A stretch of 64,000 nt of DNA, taken from positions 61,878,001 through 61,942,000 of the forward strand of contig NC_091480.1 in NCBI RefSeq assembly GCF_036971445.1, given 5' to 3'. Within the stretch, counting starts at the first letter, position 1, and each line of letters begins with the position of its first letter. The notes beneath the pieces are model-generated. The model was not told the origin of the DNA and did not search any database. It saw only the letters and a list, made by a program, of their open reading frames with translations. The translations under genes were made by a program, and so were the position numbers. This DNA comes from Narcine bancroftii. Its lineage: Eukaryota. This document shows, piece after piece, positions 1-13,714 of this stretch.

Positions 1-59
1 ATGATCTTGCGGGCCAAATATAATTATATCGGGGGCCAGAGTTTGACATGTGTGTCCTA

Positions 60-395
60 AGGTAAAGCCTTTTTGGGTGGATTTAGGGAATGTCTTAAAA
101 CAAGTTACAGGCATTGTATTTCCACAAAACCCAGATTTATTTCTATTGGGGGGATATAGAAGGAACAAGACCCAAGTCGAAGTTATCAACATACCAAATG
201 AAATTTGTTAAAATAGCATTAATAGTGGCAAGGAAGTGTAGTGCGTTGACCTGGAAATTGGATTAACATTTGGGTATGGGAAGATGGAAAGCAGAAATTC
301 AAAGCTCTATCCCCTTGGAGAAAATTACATATAATTTAAGAAATAAATATGGTATATTTTTGCAAATTTGGAGCACGTATATGCAAGTATGTAGA
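60..395 (+). mobile_element. Degenerate L1-clade LINE ORF2 C-terminal fragment
   Basis: Translates as KVKPFWVDL..FPQNPDLFLLG..ALIVARKC..LEKITYNLRNK, matching the ORF2 C-termini of the L1 copies at 32600-32950 and 41000-41330. Confidence 0.8.
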
Positions 396-806
396 GGTGT
401 TCTTCCAGGCTCTTGAGACCTGTGTTAATCTTCCTCCATAATCTAATCACCGCGGCGGTGATCGAGCTGGTGCTCCAGGCGGTGAGTTCAACCAAAGGCC
501 AGCAGCCCGCGCAGCAGCACTGGCCCCAACAAGTGAACCGGCGGGTGAATGGCAAGGGCAGCTTAAAGGCCAGCGACCCCAAAATGGCACTGGCCTTGCT
601 GTGCAGCCAAAATACAGGGACACTGTACGGGGAAGGGCATTGTTATGCAGGAAAGTACTCACCCGTGGGAAACCCGCATTTGTTATGCCAAGGGGTGGCC
701 ACAGTGGGAACAGTGCAAGTATAAAAGTCAGCCCTGAGCCCTAATAAAACTTAACCTGACTACACTATGTGTGTGTGTCTTCTTTCGAGTAATGCACAAC
801 TACAAT

Positions 807-819
807 TGGTGACCCTGAC
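807..819 (+). other. tRNA-Trp primer-binding site of the Gypsy element
   Basis: TGGTGACCCTGAC lies 2 nt after the LTR end (..CTACA 804); one mismatch to the tRNA-Trp 3'-end complement TGGTGACCCCGAC. Confidence 0.8.
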
Positions 820-3763
820 TGTTTAGACGGCATCTAAACCCAGCAATAACCGAACAGGCAGCAGTCAATGTGGCCGCTCTCAAGTTGCCGACCTTCAAGA
901 AGAATCAACCACGCGGTGGTTTGACCAGGCTGAGGCAGTTCCAGATCTGGCAGATCACAGCAGAATCCACCTGCTACTACAACATGGAGAGCGCCCTGGA
1001 CCAGGACACAGCAGGCCAAATGGCCAACTTCATCCAGGACCCCCCCATCGGAATGAGCGTGCACTGTCTTCAAAGACTTTCTGATCGAGGCCTTTGGGCT
1101 CTCAAGGCGCGAGAGAGGGGCACACATGCTCCACCTGGATAGGCTAGGGGACAGGCCCCCGTCAGCCCTCATGAACGAGATGCTGGCCCTCCTGGGCAAA
1201 CAAGAGCCCTGCATCATGTTTGAGCAAGCATTCCTGGAGCAACTGCCCGAGGTCATCCAACTGCTACTGGCTGACACAGATTTCAGTGACCCCTGGAAAG
1301 TCACAACATGATTGGACGTTCTATGGAAACTGAAGTGTGTTCGACATCCGTAGGGCTCATCACTAAACCCTGCAGCCAGACCCGTGCAGACCCGCCGAGA
1401 GAACAGCAGCGCCCAAGAGGAGGTGATTCAGATGACCAGTGGTGTTTCTACCACCAGAGATGGGGCACCGGAGCCCACTGGTGCAGGTTGTCATGTATGT
1501 TTCAGGGAAATGCTGGGGCCAGTCATCGCTAATGGCCATGATGGCTGGCCACCAAGACAGAGTCCTGTATTTTTGGGACCGCCAGTCTGGGCAACGCTTC
1601 CTTGTGGACACAGGAGCCCCCGTTGGAACAGAACACCAGGAAAAGGCAGTCGTGCCCCACGCTGAGGGCTGCCAACAACAGCACAATTTTGACCTACAGT
1701 ACCCGCAAGGTCAAACTGAAGTTGGGAGGCGGCCTCTTCTCGTGGGTGTTCACGCTGGCCGCAGTGGAACAGCTGCTTCACGGGTGCGGGTAGACTTCCT
1801 GTGCACCCATTGCCTGCTCATGGACCTCAAGGGATGAAGATTGGTCCACATCAAGACTTTTCAATCCTTCCCCCTCAAAGACACCAGGCTCCCAGGACTC
1901 CACCTGGACTCCGTACAGAGATTGGACGAGTACACCAGGGTCCTGGCCGAGTTCCCTGCAGTGCTCACCCCCCAATTCACCACAGTGATGACCAGAAATG
2001 GAGCACAGCACCACATCCTGACCCAGGGCCCACTGCTCCACAGAAGGGCCTTCCTCCAGAGAAACTCCAGCCGTTAAAGGAGGAATTCATGAAACTGGAG
2101 GAGATCGGCATCGTACAGTGGTCGGACAGCCCATGGGCTTCTCCCCTGAACATGATACCAAAAGCAACTTGGGGCTGGAGACCATGCAGCGACTACTGCC
2201 GGCTCAACGAGACCACAATTCCGGATTGGTACCCCGTGTCACACATCCAGGACTTCGCGGCTAACCTTCACGGGGCAAGGATCTTCTCCAAGGTGGACCT
2301 CGTATGAGAATATCATCAGATCCCAGTGCACTCCGATTATATCCCCAAGACCACCATCATCACCCCGTTCTGCCTCTTCTAATTCCTCCGAATGCCATTT
2401 GGGCTAAAGAACGCTGCATAGACCTTCCAGCAACTCATGGACGCAGTGGGCCGAGACCTGGCTGGCACCTTGGTGGCGAGCAGGAACCAACAGGAGCACA
2501 TGGCACACCTTGCCACCTCTACACTTGACTGAGTGAGTTTGGCCTGACAATCAATCCAGCCAAATGCCAGTTCGGATTGGAGACCATCGACTTCCTGGGC
2601 CACAGGGTAACCAAGGAAGGAGCCACACTGCTACCCAGTAAAGTGGAGGCCATCCGGAAGTTCCCCAGACCCAAGGTTCTACAGGAGTTCATGGGAATGA
2701 TCAATTTCTACCTCAGGTTCATCCCCCTCAGCTGCCCGGATCATGTGGCCCTTGTTCGCCCAGATGGCAAGCAAGGCAAAGGACATCACCTGGGATGAGG
2801 AGTCAGCGAAAGCCTTCGTGAAGGCCAAGGAAGCCCTGGCAGACACCGCTCTCCTGGCACATCCCAGGTCAGACCCTCCAATGGCCCTGACGGTGGATGC
2901 CCCATGAACGGCAATCGGTGGAGTTCTGGAGCAGCAGGTCAAAGGAAGTTGGCGGCTGGTGGCTTTCTTTAGCAAACACCTGCGGCCTCCAGAACTGAAG
3001 TACAGTGCTTTTGACAGAGAGCTACTGGTGCTGCACTTAGCCATCTGCCACTTCAGGTACTTCCTAGAGGGCGGATCCTTCATGGTTTTCACAGATCACA
3101 AGCCCCTAACTTACATCTCAGAGTACACCATAGATGTAAGGCATGTCTCTAGCAGGGACAACGTGGTGGCCGACGCACTGTCCAGGCAAAATATCCACAC
3201 ACTGAGTGAGTGGAGTTTGTAGCATTGGCAGAGGTGCAGCAGAAAGACGAGGAGCTGCCCCAATATAGGACTGCTATATTGGGACTGCAGCTCCAGGACA
3301 TCCCAGTCGACACAGGTAACACCACCCTCCTGTGCGACGTGGCCTCCGGTTACGTCAGACCCATTGTCCTGGCGGCTTGGAGACAACAGGTTTTCAACAT
3401 CCATGGACTGGCTCACCCATCCATGAGGACCATGGTCTGGCTGGTGGCCAGCAAATACGTGTGGCATGGATTGCGGAAGTAGGTCAGCAGGTGGGTGAAG
3501 GCATGCATGCAGTGCCAAACAACCAAGGTATAGCAGCACACTAAGACCCCACCTCAGCACTTCAAGCCCACAGAATGAAGATTTGACCACATCTATGTGG
3601 TATCCCCGGGTTTCCACTATCTGTTCACAATGGTCAACCGCTTCACCAGGTAGCCAGGAGCAGTCCCACTGGCAGACACGTCCACAACCTCATGCACCAG
3701 GGCCCTCACCTCATCCTGGGTGGCATGGTTCAGGTTACCGTCCCACCTCACATCTAACAGAGG

Positions 3764-4020
3764 ACACGTTGAGGGCAAAATTTTAGGAGAAACATTAGAG
3801 GATGCTTCTTCACTCAGAGAGAGGAAAGAATTGAGGCCGAGTCAATTCTTTCATTTAAGAGGAGGCTGGATATATACATGGATAGGAGGGGGTTGGAGGG
3901 TTATGGGCAGAGAATAGGTGGGGGGGGAGGGGGATCTAGCGGAGTTGTTTGCATGAACCAGCATGGACTTGGGGCCGAGATGGCTGTTTCCATGCCATAA
4001 ACTGTTATATGGTTATATGG
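3764..4020 (+). mobile_element. Short CR1 LINE 3' fragment inserted in the Gypsy integrase
   Basis: FFTQR-like ORF2 end and TATATGGTTATATGG tail shared with the CR1 at 51328-52303; ACAGAGG repeated at 3757-3763 and 4021-4027. Confidence 0.75.
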
Positions 4021-4837
4021 ACAGAGGGGCCCAGTTCACCTCCAGCCTGTGGTCTGACCTCACCAGCTTGTGGGCGGCCAGCTGCACCACACAGCTTACC
4101 ATCCACAGTCCAATGGGTTGGTGGAGCACTTCCACAGGCTCCTCAAAACCGCACTTATGATCAGACTCTAAGTACCCAACTGGGTAGACGAGCTACCATG
4201 GGTGCTGTTGGGCATCCACACAGCACCCAAGGAGGACCTCAACACTTTTTCGCCTGAACTCATCTACAGACCTCCACTGGTGGTCCGGGAGAATGCATAC
4301 CATTCCCAGGCAGACAGCAGGATGACTCTGCAGCATTCCTCAGCAGACTCAGCGAAAGAGTCAGTAGCCTGGTCCCAATTCCACCTTCCAGACACGGACA
4401 TGCAAGGACCAACATACCCAAAGACCTGCAGGACTGTGAGTGTGTTTTCCTTTGCAGAGGTCCACATCATCCACCGCTTCAGTGGTCATATGAGGGTCTG
4501 TTCCAGGTCATCCGCAATAACAGGGCCACGTTTGAGCTGGAGGTCAGCGGCAAGATGAATGAAGGTCTTCACCATAGACAGGCTGAAGCCAGCAAACCTG
4601 GACCCGACGTTCCTGGTTGAGACACCAGCACCATGCCAAAGAAGCAGGCCACCAAAGGCTGCAGAGACTTTGCCTCCAAGCACCAACGACAATACGACCA
4701 GTTCTGGGGGGGGGGGGGGCGGTCATGTGGCAGCCTGCGGCGGCGGCGAGTGCAACCAAAGGCCAGCAGCCTGCGCAGTGGCGCTGGACCCAACAAGCAA
4801 ATTGGTGGGTGAATGGCCAGGGCAGCTTAAAGGCCAG

Positions 4838-5490
4838 AGTGGAGGTCCCAGATGATGGAGAATGGCAAATATTGTTTAAAAAAAGGTAACAAGGAGAATG
4901 CTGGAAATTATAGACCAGTGAGTTTTATATCAGTAGTGGACAAACTATTGTAGAGGATTTACGAGCATTTAGAGAAATACAGTATCTTCATGAATACTTA
5001 GCATGGCTTTGTGAGAGGAAAGTTGTGCCTCACGAGCCAAATTGAGTTTTTTGATGAGGTAACAAAAGAAATTAATGAAGGTAGATGTGGTGTACATGGA
5101 TTTTAGAAAGGCATTTGATAAGGTCCATCATGAGGAATTCATTCAGAAAGTCATGAGGCATGGGATCCATGGAACTTTGTCTGTGTGGATTCAGAATTGG
5201 CTTGCCTGTAAAAAGCAGAGAGTAATAGTGGATGGGAAGTATTCTTCCTGGAGTTCCACAGGGATCTGTTCTGGGATCCCTGCTCTTTGTGATTTTTATA
5301 AATGATCTTGACAATGATGTAGAGGGATAGGTCAGCAAGTTTGAGGATGACATGAAGGATGGAGTTGTGGATGGTGCTGAAGGATTTCGTAGAGTTGATG
5401 CAGAGTTGGGTAGAAAAGTGGCAGATGGAATTAAATCCGGATAAGTGTGAGGTGATACATTTTGGAAGGTTAAACTTGAAGGCAGAGTAC
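4838..5490 (+). mobile_element. CR1 LINE RT fragment truncating the Gypsy 3' LTR
   Basis: GNYRPVS, VDVVYMDFRKAFDKV and WQMELNPDKCEVIHFG motifs. Confidence 0.85.
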
Positions 5491-5903
5491 AGGGCTGTGT
5501 GTGATACACTGCTGTACATTAACTGTATCGTGGAGTGGATGTGTGATACAGTTCTGTACATTAACTGTATTGTGGAGTATGTGATACAGTGCTGTAAATT
5601 AACTGTGGTGGGGGTGTGTATGTGTGTGCTACAGTGCTGGACATCAACTGTATCATGGCATGGATGTGAGATACAGTGCTGTACATGACAGGGATCTGTG
5701 TGTCACCATCTGCTGTACATTAACTGTGTCTGTGTGTGAAACATTGCAATGCACCAACATTACAAAGGGCAGAGTAGAGAGTGGGCCACATATTTATCAG
5801 AGTGGGCCACATATTTATTATGGACAGGGATGCGTGATGAGGTCCATCATCACATCGCCCACCTGCTGCAGTAAACTGGTCGAGGTTGGCGAAAGCCACT
5901 TAC

Positions 5904-5985
5904 GTTGCGATGAAACTTGGTGAAGCATTGCTGCATGTAGAACCTGTGCATGTAAACAATCGCTGTGTTGATGGTCAGCTGTGAA
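5904..5985 (-). CDS. CCNT1: Cyclin T1 coding exon 2 (82 nt); later exons lie left of the window
   Basis: Encodes [32 protein letters not shown] acceptor and GTAAGT donor; phase fits exon 1. Confidence 0.95.
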
Positions 5986-8900
5986 CTGTGAGTGCAGCAT
6001 TAAAGAAAAGATGCATCAGTTTGGCAAACTTAAAGCCTGTTACGATTCCCTGCCCTGCCATCTGTAAGGACCTCATGCCCAGAATAAAATACCAGCAGAT
6101 TGATTCACACACTTCCACGACTGCTGCTGGTTAAGGAAACCCCAGGCAGCTTTGAAAGGGCCATAAGAGTATATCCAGAATTCACTGAAATCATCTCTTC
6201 AGCTCATCTCCTCCATGCTCTTTGGCAACTTTTTTGTCACACTCACATACCAGGTTAAGAAATCCGTTACTAGCCACAGAGGATGCCATAGGTGCTCTGT
6301 GGTTGGCAAGGGATTACTTAAGGTGGAATGCATGTGGAAAAAAAAAGGTTGAGAACCTCTGCTCTAAACCTTTACAGACCTGTCTAAATGTCTGTTAAAT
6401 GGTGTAATTGTCCCCGCCTCTACCACTTCCTGGGGCAGCTCGTTCCACACAGGCCCCTCAGGTCCCCTTTAAATCTCTTCCCTCTCACCTTAAACCTGTG
6501 CCCTCTAGTTTTAGACTCCCGACACTGGGGAAAAGTCTATGACCACCCACCTTATCCACACCCATCATGGTTTTATAAACCTCTAGAAGGTCCCTCCCCC
6601 ATCTTCCTCCACACCAGGGAGAAAAGTCCCAGACTATCCTTGTTACTCTGGTCCTCCAGTCCTAGGAAAATCCTGGTGAATCTTTTCTGCCCCCTTTCCA
6701 GCTCAGTGACATCCTTCCTACAGGTGGGTGGCAGAACTGTGCACAACACTTTCTCTGTGCACTTCACATTTTCTCCATCCGAGCCCATTGTAATCTTAAC
6801 TACTTCAGTCTTCCTCTGCCTGTTCTCCAATCTTCCCTCTGAGCTACCATGATCCAGACCTGTGAACACTCTCATAGAACACCTTCGTACCCCTCTCCAC
6901 TTCTGTGGAGACTTTTGGAAAAGCTGAGATCGAAATGGGCCATTGCCCTGAAAACGCTAACCGTTTCTCTCCGTTCAGATGCCTCCTGAGCATTTACCTT
7001 TCAAGAGGAAGCTATATTCACACCCACCCAGATGGAGGTGGGGATTTCAAGCGAGAAATGGGAAGGACAGGAGGGTCAGTGACCAGAGGGATACAAGAAA
7101 CAGAAGCAACGACCCCATTCCTCCTTTCCATAGGATCATGGCCATTCTTCCAACTCAGTGTAATATCCCTATTTCTTTAAAATTTAGGCATACGGCACAG
7201 CTTTTGGCCCACGAGCTCATGCTGCCCAATTAACCTACCACCACTGGTACATTTTTTGAATGGTGGGAGGAAACCCACACAAACACGGGGAGGATGTACA
7301 AACTCTCTATAGTCAGTGCAGTCTATACCCGTCATAAAATATCTCATCAAATTTCCCCTCATTCTTCTGCGCTCCAGGGAATAAAGACGTAACCTGATTA
7401 ACCTTTCCCTGTAACTCAGTACCTGAAGTCTAGGCAAAATCCTAGTAAATCTTCTCTGCACTCTTTCAATCTTATTGATATCTTTCCTGTAGTTAGGTGA
7501 CCAAAACTGCACCTAACTGCATCTCATCTCTTCAAATTCTCTTGGAATAAAGGCCAACATACCATTTGGCTTCATAATCGAATTTGCACATCAACTTACA
7601 ACAATTCATGTCCCTCTGAACACCAACACTGTTATTCTGATTCTGTTACTGTTTCAGAAGGCAACATTGTGAAGGGACAGCCAGACCCTTCATGAACTGC
7701 CTCAACACCACAAACCCTTGATCTCCAATACAAGTTCAGGTAGGAAGCATTCACTTGTTTCTGGCTGGGCAAACATGAAGGTTGGTTGGTTCATACCTTA
7801 GCAGGGTTGCTTATTTCTCTCACTCTCCAAGTACAGTGCAAACCTCTAGAACTAGCATATACTGAGGTAATGCAAAACAACGCAAGTTACCCAGAGATTG
7901 GACCAATGCCACAAACACTGCAAGCCCTGGATCTCTTGAACCAAGGCAAGTCAATGTGAAAGAGAGAGGCCAAGAAGAAACCAGCATGCAAACACGGAGA
8001 GAGTGTACAAAGTCCTTACAGGCAGCATCGGATTCAAACCGGGTTGCTGGCATGGTACTAACTGCACAGACTTCTGCTCCTGATGTAAACCCCTCCTGCC
8101 TACGAACCCATCCAAATATCTTTATTCACATTGGTGAACAAGTCTGCACATGTTGGAAAACTAGAGCATTCAAGTGCTTTTAGAACTCAAGAGGACAGGC
8201 AGATCAGTGGAAAACAGTTGATTTTTCAGGCCAAAAACTCTTCATCAGAAACAGCAAGAGCCAAGTGGATGCCTGAATAAATGAGGTGGGGTTGAGGAGC
8301 ATAGGCTGGCAAGAGACAAGTGGGAGGGGGAAGAAATTTAAAATTTGAATTTAGACATACAGCATAGTAACAGACCCTTTTGGCCGACGAGCCCGTGCCG
8401 TCCAATTACACCCAATTGACCTCCACCCCCAGTACATTTCGAATGGTGGGAGGAAACCAGAGCCCTCAGGGAAAACCCACGCAGACACATACAAACTTCT
8501 TACAGACAGCGCAGAATTCAAACCCTGGTCCCAATCACTGGCGCTGTAACAATGTTGAATTGCTACGCAAACGTGCGAAGCTGAGGTGATGGGGAAAGGG
8601 GCAGAGGAAGATGCTCTCTGACAGGAGGAAGGGGTAGGGGAGCTGGATGGAGATGTGGGTAAAGGGCAGGTAGGGAGGGTGGGGGAGCGAAAAGAGAACA
8701 AATGGGGCTAGAGAAGCAAAGGAAAGCAGGGGTGGGGACTACCATAAATTGGAAAAGTCGACATTGATGCCGTCTTGTTGGAGACCATTGATGGAGTACA
8801 AGTTGCGGTTCTTCTAATTTACCTGTTGCCTTAACCTGGCAGTACACAAGGCCACCGACACAGCAGTCCTGCCACTGGTGCGGAACTGGGAGAGCGGGGA

Positions 8901-11900
8901 GCAGACACAGTGCTGTTCCGTAGGGTCCTATTGCCCAGTACTGATGCAGATGGCATTGTACAGGTTTAAAAAGGGGTGTTAAAGGCGCAGGGTGTTTTTT
9001 TTTGTTGCAAGATCCTGCATCCACAGAGGTATGTGCCCAAGATGGCAGAACCTGTACTGGGCAGCGGACCACAAGGACCAGCACAGGCCACCAAAAATGG
9101 GGGTAACATTTCCCCGCCCCCACCAACTGGAGAAGCCTAGGAAACGACCCTACAGCAAGATGACCACGACAGGGGATCAGTGAGAGGCTGAACGCCTGAA
9201 GGACCCATTCAGGTTGCTGGCGACTTGTGAACAAAGGACACACGCAGGCTGTTGCCAACTTGCGGTTGAAGGACTCACACCGCTGCTAGAGACTGATTCA
9301 TGGAAAACAGGTATCAGGGCTGGGATTCCAGAGGGTGCTGAGGGCGACGGGCTCTCAAGGGGCCTCGGGCAGTGAAAGATTCCTGATTATATTGCAGGTT
9401 TGGATCTGGAGCTTGGGTTGCCGATGGATTGAACAGATATCTGAGTGGAAGGACTAAAGGCAAATCCTTAGTGTCTCTGAAGGTACTTTCTTTTGCTTCT
9501 CTTTCTTATTATTGGGGGCACCAGGCACCAGGTGACTCAGTTGGCCTTTACTGCAGGTAAAAGTACATTGTGCACAACATACTTCTGTATTATTACATGA
9601 CAAATGGATCTTGAACAATCATGTCAGTATGAGAATGGAAAATGGAATTGAAGTAGTTAGCCACCAGGAAATCCTTGTTGTTGCAGCAGAGAGCAGATGC
9701 TCAATGAAGCAATCACCCAATTTTCATCCAGATCCACTGCCCCCCCCCCCCCCCCAACCCCCAGATGTAGTAAATGACTCCTACAGCATTGCAGTTGAAG
9801 TGCAGTCTAACCTTGAAGGACTTTTTGGGACCCAAATAGTGGTGAGAAGCAGATGCACCTTTTTATTGCAGTTATATAGGTAAGTGTCAGGGAAGGGCAA
9901 TTAGTAGAAAGGGATGAGGAAAAGGGTGTTGGAGAGAACAATCCTGTAAAATGCATCTGCTGGCGAGATCCTATTGATAGGAGATGGAAACTGTGTAAAG
10001 TTATGCATTGGGTGCAGAAGCTGGTGGAATGGTAGGTGAGGAATCCTCTCTCCGTTACTTCAGGGAGGGAAGAGGAAATGTACCGAGGAAACAAGTTAAT
10101 CAGGGGTAAATTGGGTGGCAGAGTCATGGGCTGAAATGGCCTGTTACCATGCTGTCTGTCTATATGAGTTTTAGATTCCCCTACTCTGGGAAAGACTAGC
10201 TACAGAAACAGAAAAGAGCAAAAGGCCAGCCAATCCATTGAGCCTGCTCCACCATTCAACAAGACCATGGCTAATTGTACTTTAGTACCCTGGGTGGCAT
10301 GGTTAGCATAAGGAGTATGTTCTCCATGTCTGCATGGTTCTTCCCCGGGGGCTCAGGTTTCCTCCCACCATTCAAAAAGTACTGGGGGGGGTCTGAAGGT
10401 CAATTGGGTAGCAAAGGATCATGGGCCAAAAGGGCATGTTACCGTGCTGTATGCCTACATTTTTAAAAAATAAATATTCCTGCTTTTCTCAGAACCTCCT
10501 GATCAATTTCACCAATATGGCCACATCCAACTCTGAATTTGGAAAGAATCACTGGAGAAACTCAGCAGGTCAGACTTCATCAATGGGTAAAAATGATCAG
10601 TTAATGTTCTGGGTGCAGAGCCTTTATCAAGATAGAACAGGTGAAACTACATACTTTAAGGGTCAAAGAAGCAAGAGTATAAGATGTAAGAGGTGGCAAG
10701 ACAAGAATGAGAAACCATGGAGAAGGGGTGGGGAAAAATGTGAGAGAACAAAAAGCAGGTAAAGAGATGAGAATAGTGTTATCAGATGGGGTGAGGATTA
10801 CTTAAAATTGCAAAATCAGTGTTCATGCCATTTGGTTTAAGGCTACCCAAAAGAAAATGTGCTGTTCCTCAACTTTATATTGAACCTTGCCCTGATGAGG
10901 ACAAATATGCCACTGTAGGAACATTTGGCTACTGGGCTCCTTCCCCCAACTTCTTTTCCCCCCTTACTTCCACCTACTCCATCTTGATAAAGGATTCAGA
11001 CAGACATTGACTGGCCATTCTCTCCATGAATACTGTACAACCTGCTAAGTTCCTCCAGCAATTCTTTGCTTGCTCAAGATTTCTAGCATCTGTAGCTTTT
11101 GCATTTCACCTTTTTTTATACCTAACAAATCAGCTTTAATTTTCTGTATAGGGAGTTCAAAATGTTCACAATTTTGAAAAGGTTTCTCCTCATCTTAAAT
11201 CTTTAGTCTGTGACCCCTTATTCTGGACTTTCCCCAACATCAGGAACACTTCCTGCATCTAACCTGTATTGCCAGAATTTTGTCTCAACAAGGCTCTTCT
11301 AAATTCTAACAAGCATAACCATAGTCACAAGTCACTCCTGCCATCCCAGCTTCTGGTGAACCTTCACTGTAGCCCTCAAAAGCAACAACGACACAATGCT
11401 CAAGGTGTAATCTCACCAGGGCCTATACAACTGTAGTATCTTAACATGCAATAGGGTTAACATCCCACTTCCTTTTTTCACGACCTACTGTACATGCATT
11501 CCAACCTTCAATGACAAATGTACCATTGACACCTCCTCTCTTCAAATTTCACACCAGCTTATCAGCCTTCCTATTATCCCAATATCTACTTCATCTGTAT
11601 ACGCTCATGATTTCATAAACTTCTCCCAGCATCCCCCTTCCTTCACTCCAGCCTGTCCTCTTAACTCAAGACCCCCCCCCAAGACCCAGTTACATCCTGA
11701 TGAACACAGGAGACTGCCGATACTGGAATTTGAAGCTAGGCACAATCTGGTGGAACTCAGCGGGTCGAGCAGCATCAGCAGGAGCAACAAAATAAAAACC
11801 AAACCACATTTCGGGCAGAACACCTTTATCAATACGCATTTTGCTGACGTCTTGACCGAGGATTTCGGACTGAAACATTATCTATTTCTCTAATGATGCT

Positions 11901-12152
11901 GCTTGACCTCAGTTCATCCTTTTCTACACCCCTTCCCAGTTTAAGGACACCCTTGTATCTATCTGGGCGACCCGCTCTCGCTTTAATGGCCCCAGTCATC
12001 CCACTCCAACGGGTTGTCACTCACCCTTCATGATACTACAAGTGTCAGGCCTAAACCTCACTCTCCACGCTCGAGGCCTCCTTCCCCTTCCCGCCCGTGG
12101 GCCCCGGCCCTTCCCTCATCTTCACAGCTTAAGAGTACAGGCGTCAGGATAC
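5986..12152 (-). other. CCNT1: CCNT1 intron 1, U12-type (GT-AG)
   Basis: 5' splice site GTATCCTG; branch-site-like TTTCTTTAAT ~13 nt before the AG; no long polypyrimidine tract. Confidence 0.85.
8350..8577 (-). mobile_element. tRNA-derived SINE (related copies near 7180-7310, 10290-10460, 16100-16310, 60966-61195)
   Basis: B-box-like GGGTTTGAATTC on - strand, conserved core (CTCCGGTTTCCTCCCAC-like) and a CR1-like tail, shared among dispersed copies. Confidence 0.7.
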
Positions 12153-12313
12153 ACGCTGAGCCGCTGGCCCATATCCTGCACCAGGTTGGCGGCCTGCTGC
12201 CGATACGAGAGCTCCTTGTCCCAGTCCACACCACCGCGCCGCGACGGGGTATCCTGTAACTGCTGCCGGGTGAAACACCACCGAACAACCGGCGTCAACG
12301 ACCCCGCCGCCAT
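12153..12313 (-). CDS. CCNT1: Cyclin T1 coding exon 1 (161 nt)
   Basis: [54 protein letters not shown] is a cyclin T N-terminus. ELSY/QDMG residues and linkage to KANSL2 favour CCNT1 over CCNT2. Confidence 0.93.
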
Positions 12314-13526
12314 TTTATTCCACAGCACCGGCGGGGAACAACGCGGACGCGCATGCGTGGAAAGGCACAACGCCTCCCTGCGCTCACGTCGCCGCACGCC
12401 CGCCACCCTACTGCGCTTGCGCTGATGTCTTTGCATTGATCCCAGGTGGATGATATACAAAATATTATTTATCCGCGACGTTCACTTGAAAAACAACCTG
12501 CAAAATAAAATTTACAGCCTTTTATTATTGTTGACGCTGTCCGTTAAAAAAAAAACCCTACCCCCATGCCGTTTGATAATACCCAACTACTATCTTCATT
12601 GGCAGCCTCTGCTGGGAATGGTGGCGGAGTCTGCGCGAGTCCTATAAATAGGCACGGCCGCCACCACCCGCGTTTGCGCAGTGGCCACCAGGGACAAGGA
12701 AAACGCGAAGACTGCGGGCGCGGAAATGTTATGCGGAAAGGGATTGGGCGGAGTGCCTGAGTGGCTCGGACGGCGCCCATGGAGAATAATGGGCCTTGCC
12801 CGTCAGGCGGAAGGGCCTTGTGGGGCGTTCCAACCTCCTCTCCGTCACGGTGCGTTTCTTCCACGTCGCTGCCGATCATTTCAAGGCAGGAGGACTAGAA
12901 TTGCACCAAATCAGTTCGTCTTTTGAAAAGAAGACGCATGAAAACATTTAAAACTATTGATAAAAAGTGGGCGGTCGATCATCCAATCAGGCGAGACTAC
13001 GTCAATGCAGAGCCAGTCCGCGGCCAATAGTTCTGATGTCCATGAGAGGCAACCAATGAGGTGGTTCTATGCTGGATTGGGGTGCGGCTAAGGTCTATGA
13101 TTGACGTGCAAGTGACCAATGGGGGAGTGCGGACTGTTGGAGTGGTAATAAAGGACGGAGTTTATTCGGATCTTAAGTCAATTTTGATTATAAACTCATC
13201 GACTTAAAGCATTTAACTTCCCACACAACTTAACTTGTTCCATCGCATTGTTTTTTACAAGTATATAATTTTAATTGAAAGTGGAAATGAGTCAAATGTA
13301 AGAAGGGCGGGTTTTGTTGGCTCCTTCATGGGGGGGTGGGGTCCCATGTGAGTGACGTCATATTCAACAAATAACAAGCTAGGGTTCTCCGCCGAGCGTT
13401 TAAATGACATGTCTTACATCCAATCAACATCAGGAGAGGGGAGCGATCTGCCCAATGGTGAGAGGTGGAGCGGGTGTAGGCGCGCGATGCTGTCGCACGT
13501 ACATTCGCTCGTTAGAGGTGGTCGAG
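12314..13526. promoter_or_regulatory. CpG-rich divergent promoter region between CCNT1 and KANSL2
   Basis: High CpG. CCAAT/ATTGG boxes at 12983, 13024, 13053, 13076, 13116, 13452; CRE TGACGTCA 13353-13360; GC boxes; CTATAAATAG 12642-12651; YY1-like AAAATGGCGGC over the CCNT1 ATG. Confidence 0.75.
13470..13526 (+). other. KANSL2: Probable non-coding first exon of KANSL2 (start approximate)
   Basis: CpG-rich stretch after CCAAT/CRE motifs, ending in GAG|GTGAGG at 13527; the ATG exon has its own acceptor at 16719. Confidence 0.5.
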
Positions 13527-13714
13527 GTGAGGTTGGTGCCGCGAGGCGGGGGATTTTGTTTCAAGAGGGAAAGGGATGGAGGAGTGGAAATGTGGGAAAG
13601 AGAGCGGAGGAGCAAAGAGAGAATGAGGAAATAGGGCGAGATGTGGGGAGGTGAGGGAGAGGGGTAAGAGTTACGAGGGGGAGGGGGGTGAAGGGTAAGG
13701 GCAGGAGGAGGGTT

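Larger units (their letters stand above)
477..4837 (+). mobile_element. Decayed Gypsy LTR retrotransposon (CsRn1-like) in CCNT1 intron 2
   Basis: Gag ALKLPTF (870), protease FLVDTGA (1597), RT SPWASPL..GWRPCSDYCRLN (2130-2300), RNase H and integrase HGLAHP remnants. Partial LTR pair ~477-804 and 4726-4837, poly-G PPT before 4726. Many stops and frameshifts; outer LTR ends truncated. Confidence 0.9.

Noticed and set aside
12643..12925. TATA-driven Pol III RNA ending at TTTT
   Set aside because: No resemblance to 7SK, RNase P/MRP, U6 or a tRNA cloverleaf; better explained as CpG promoter sequence.
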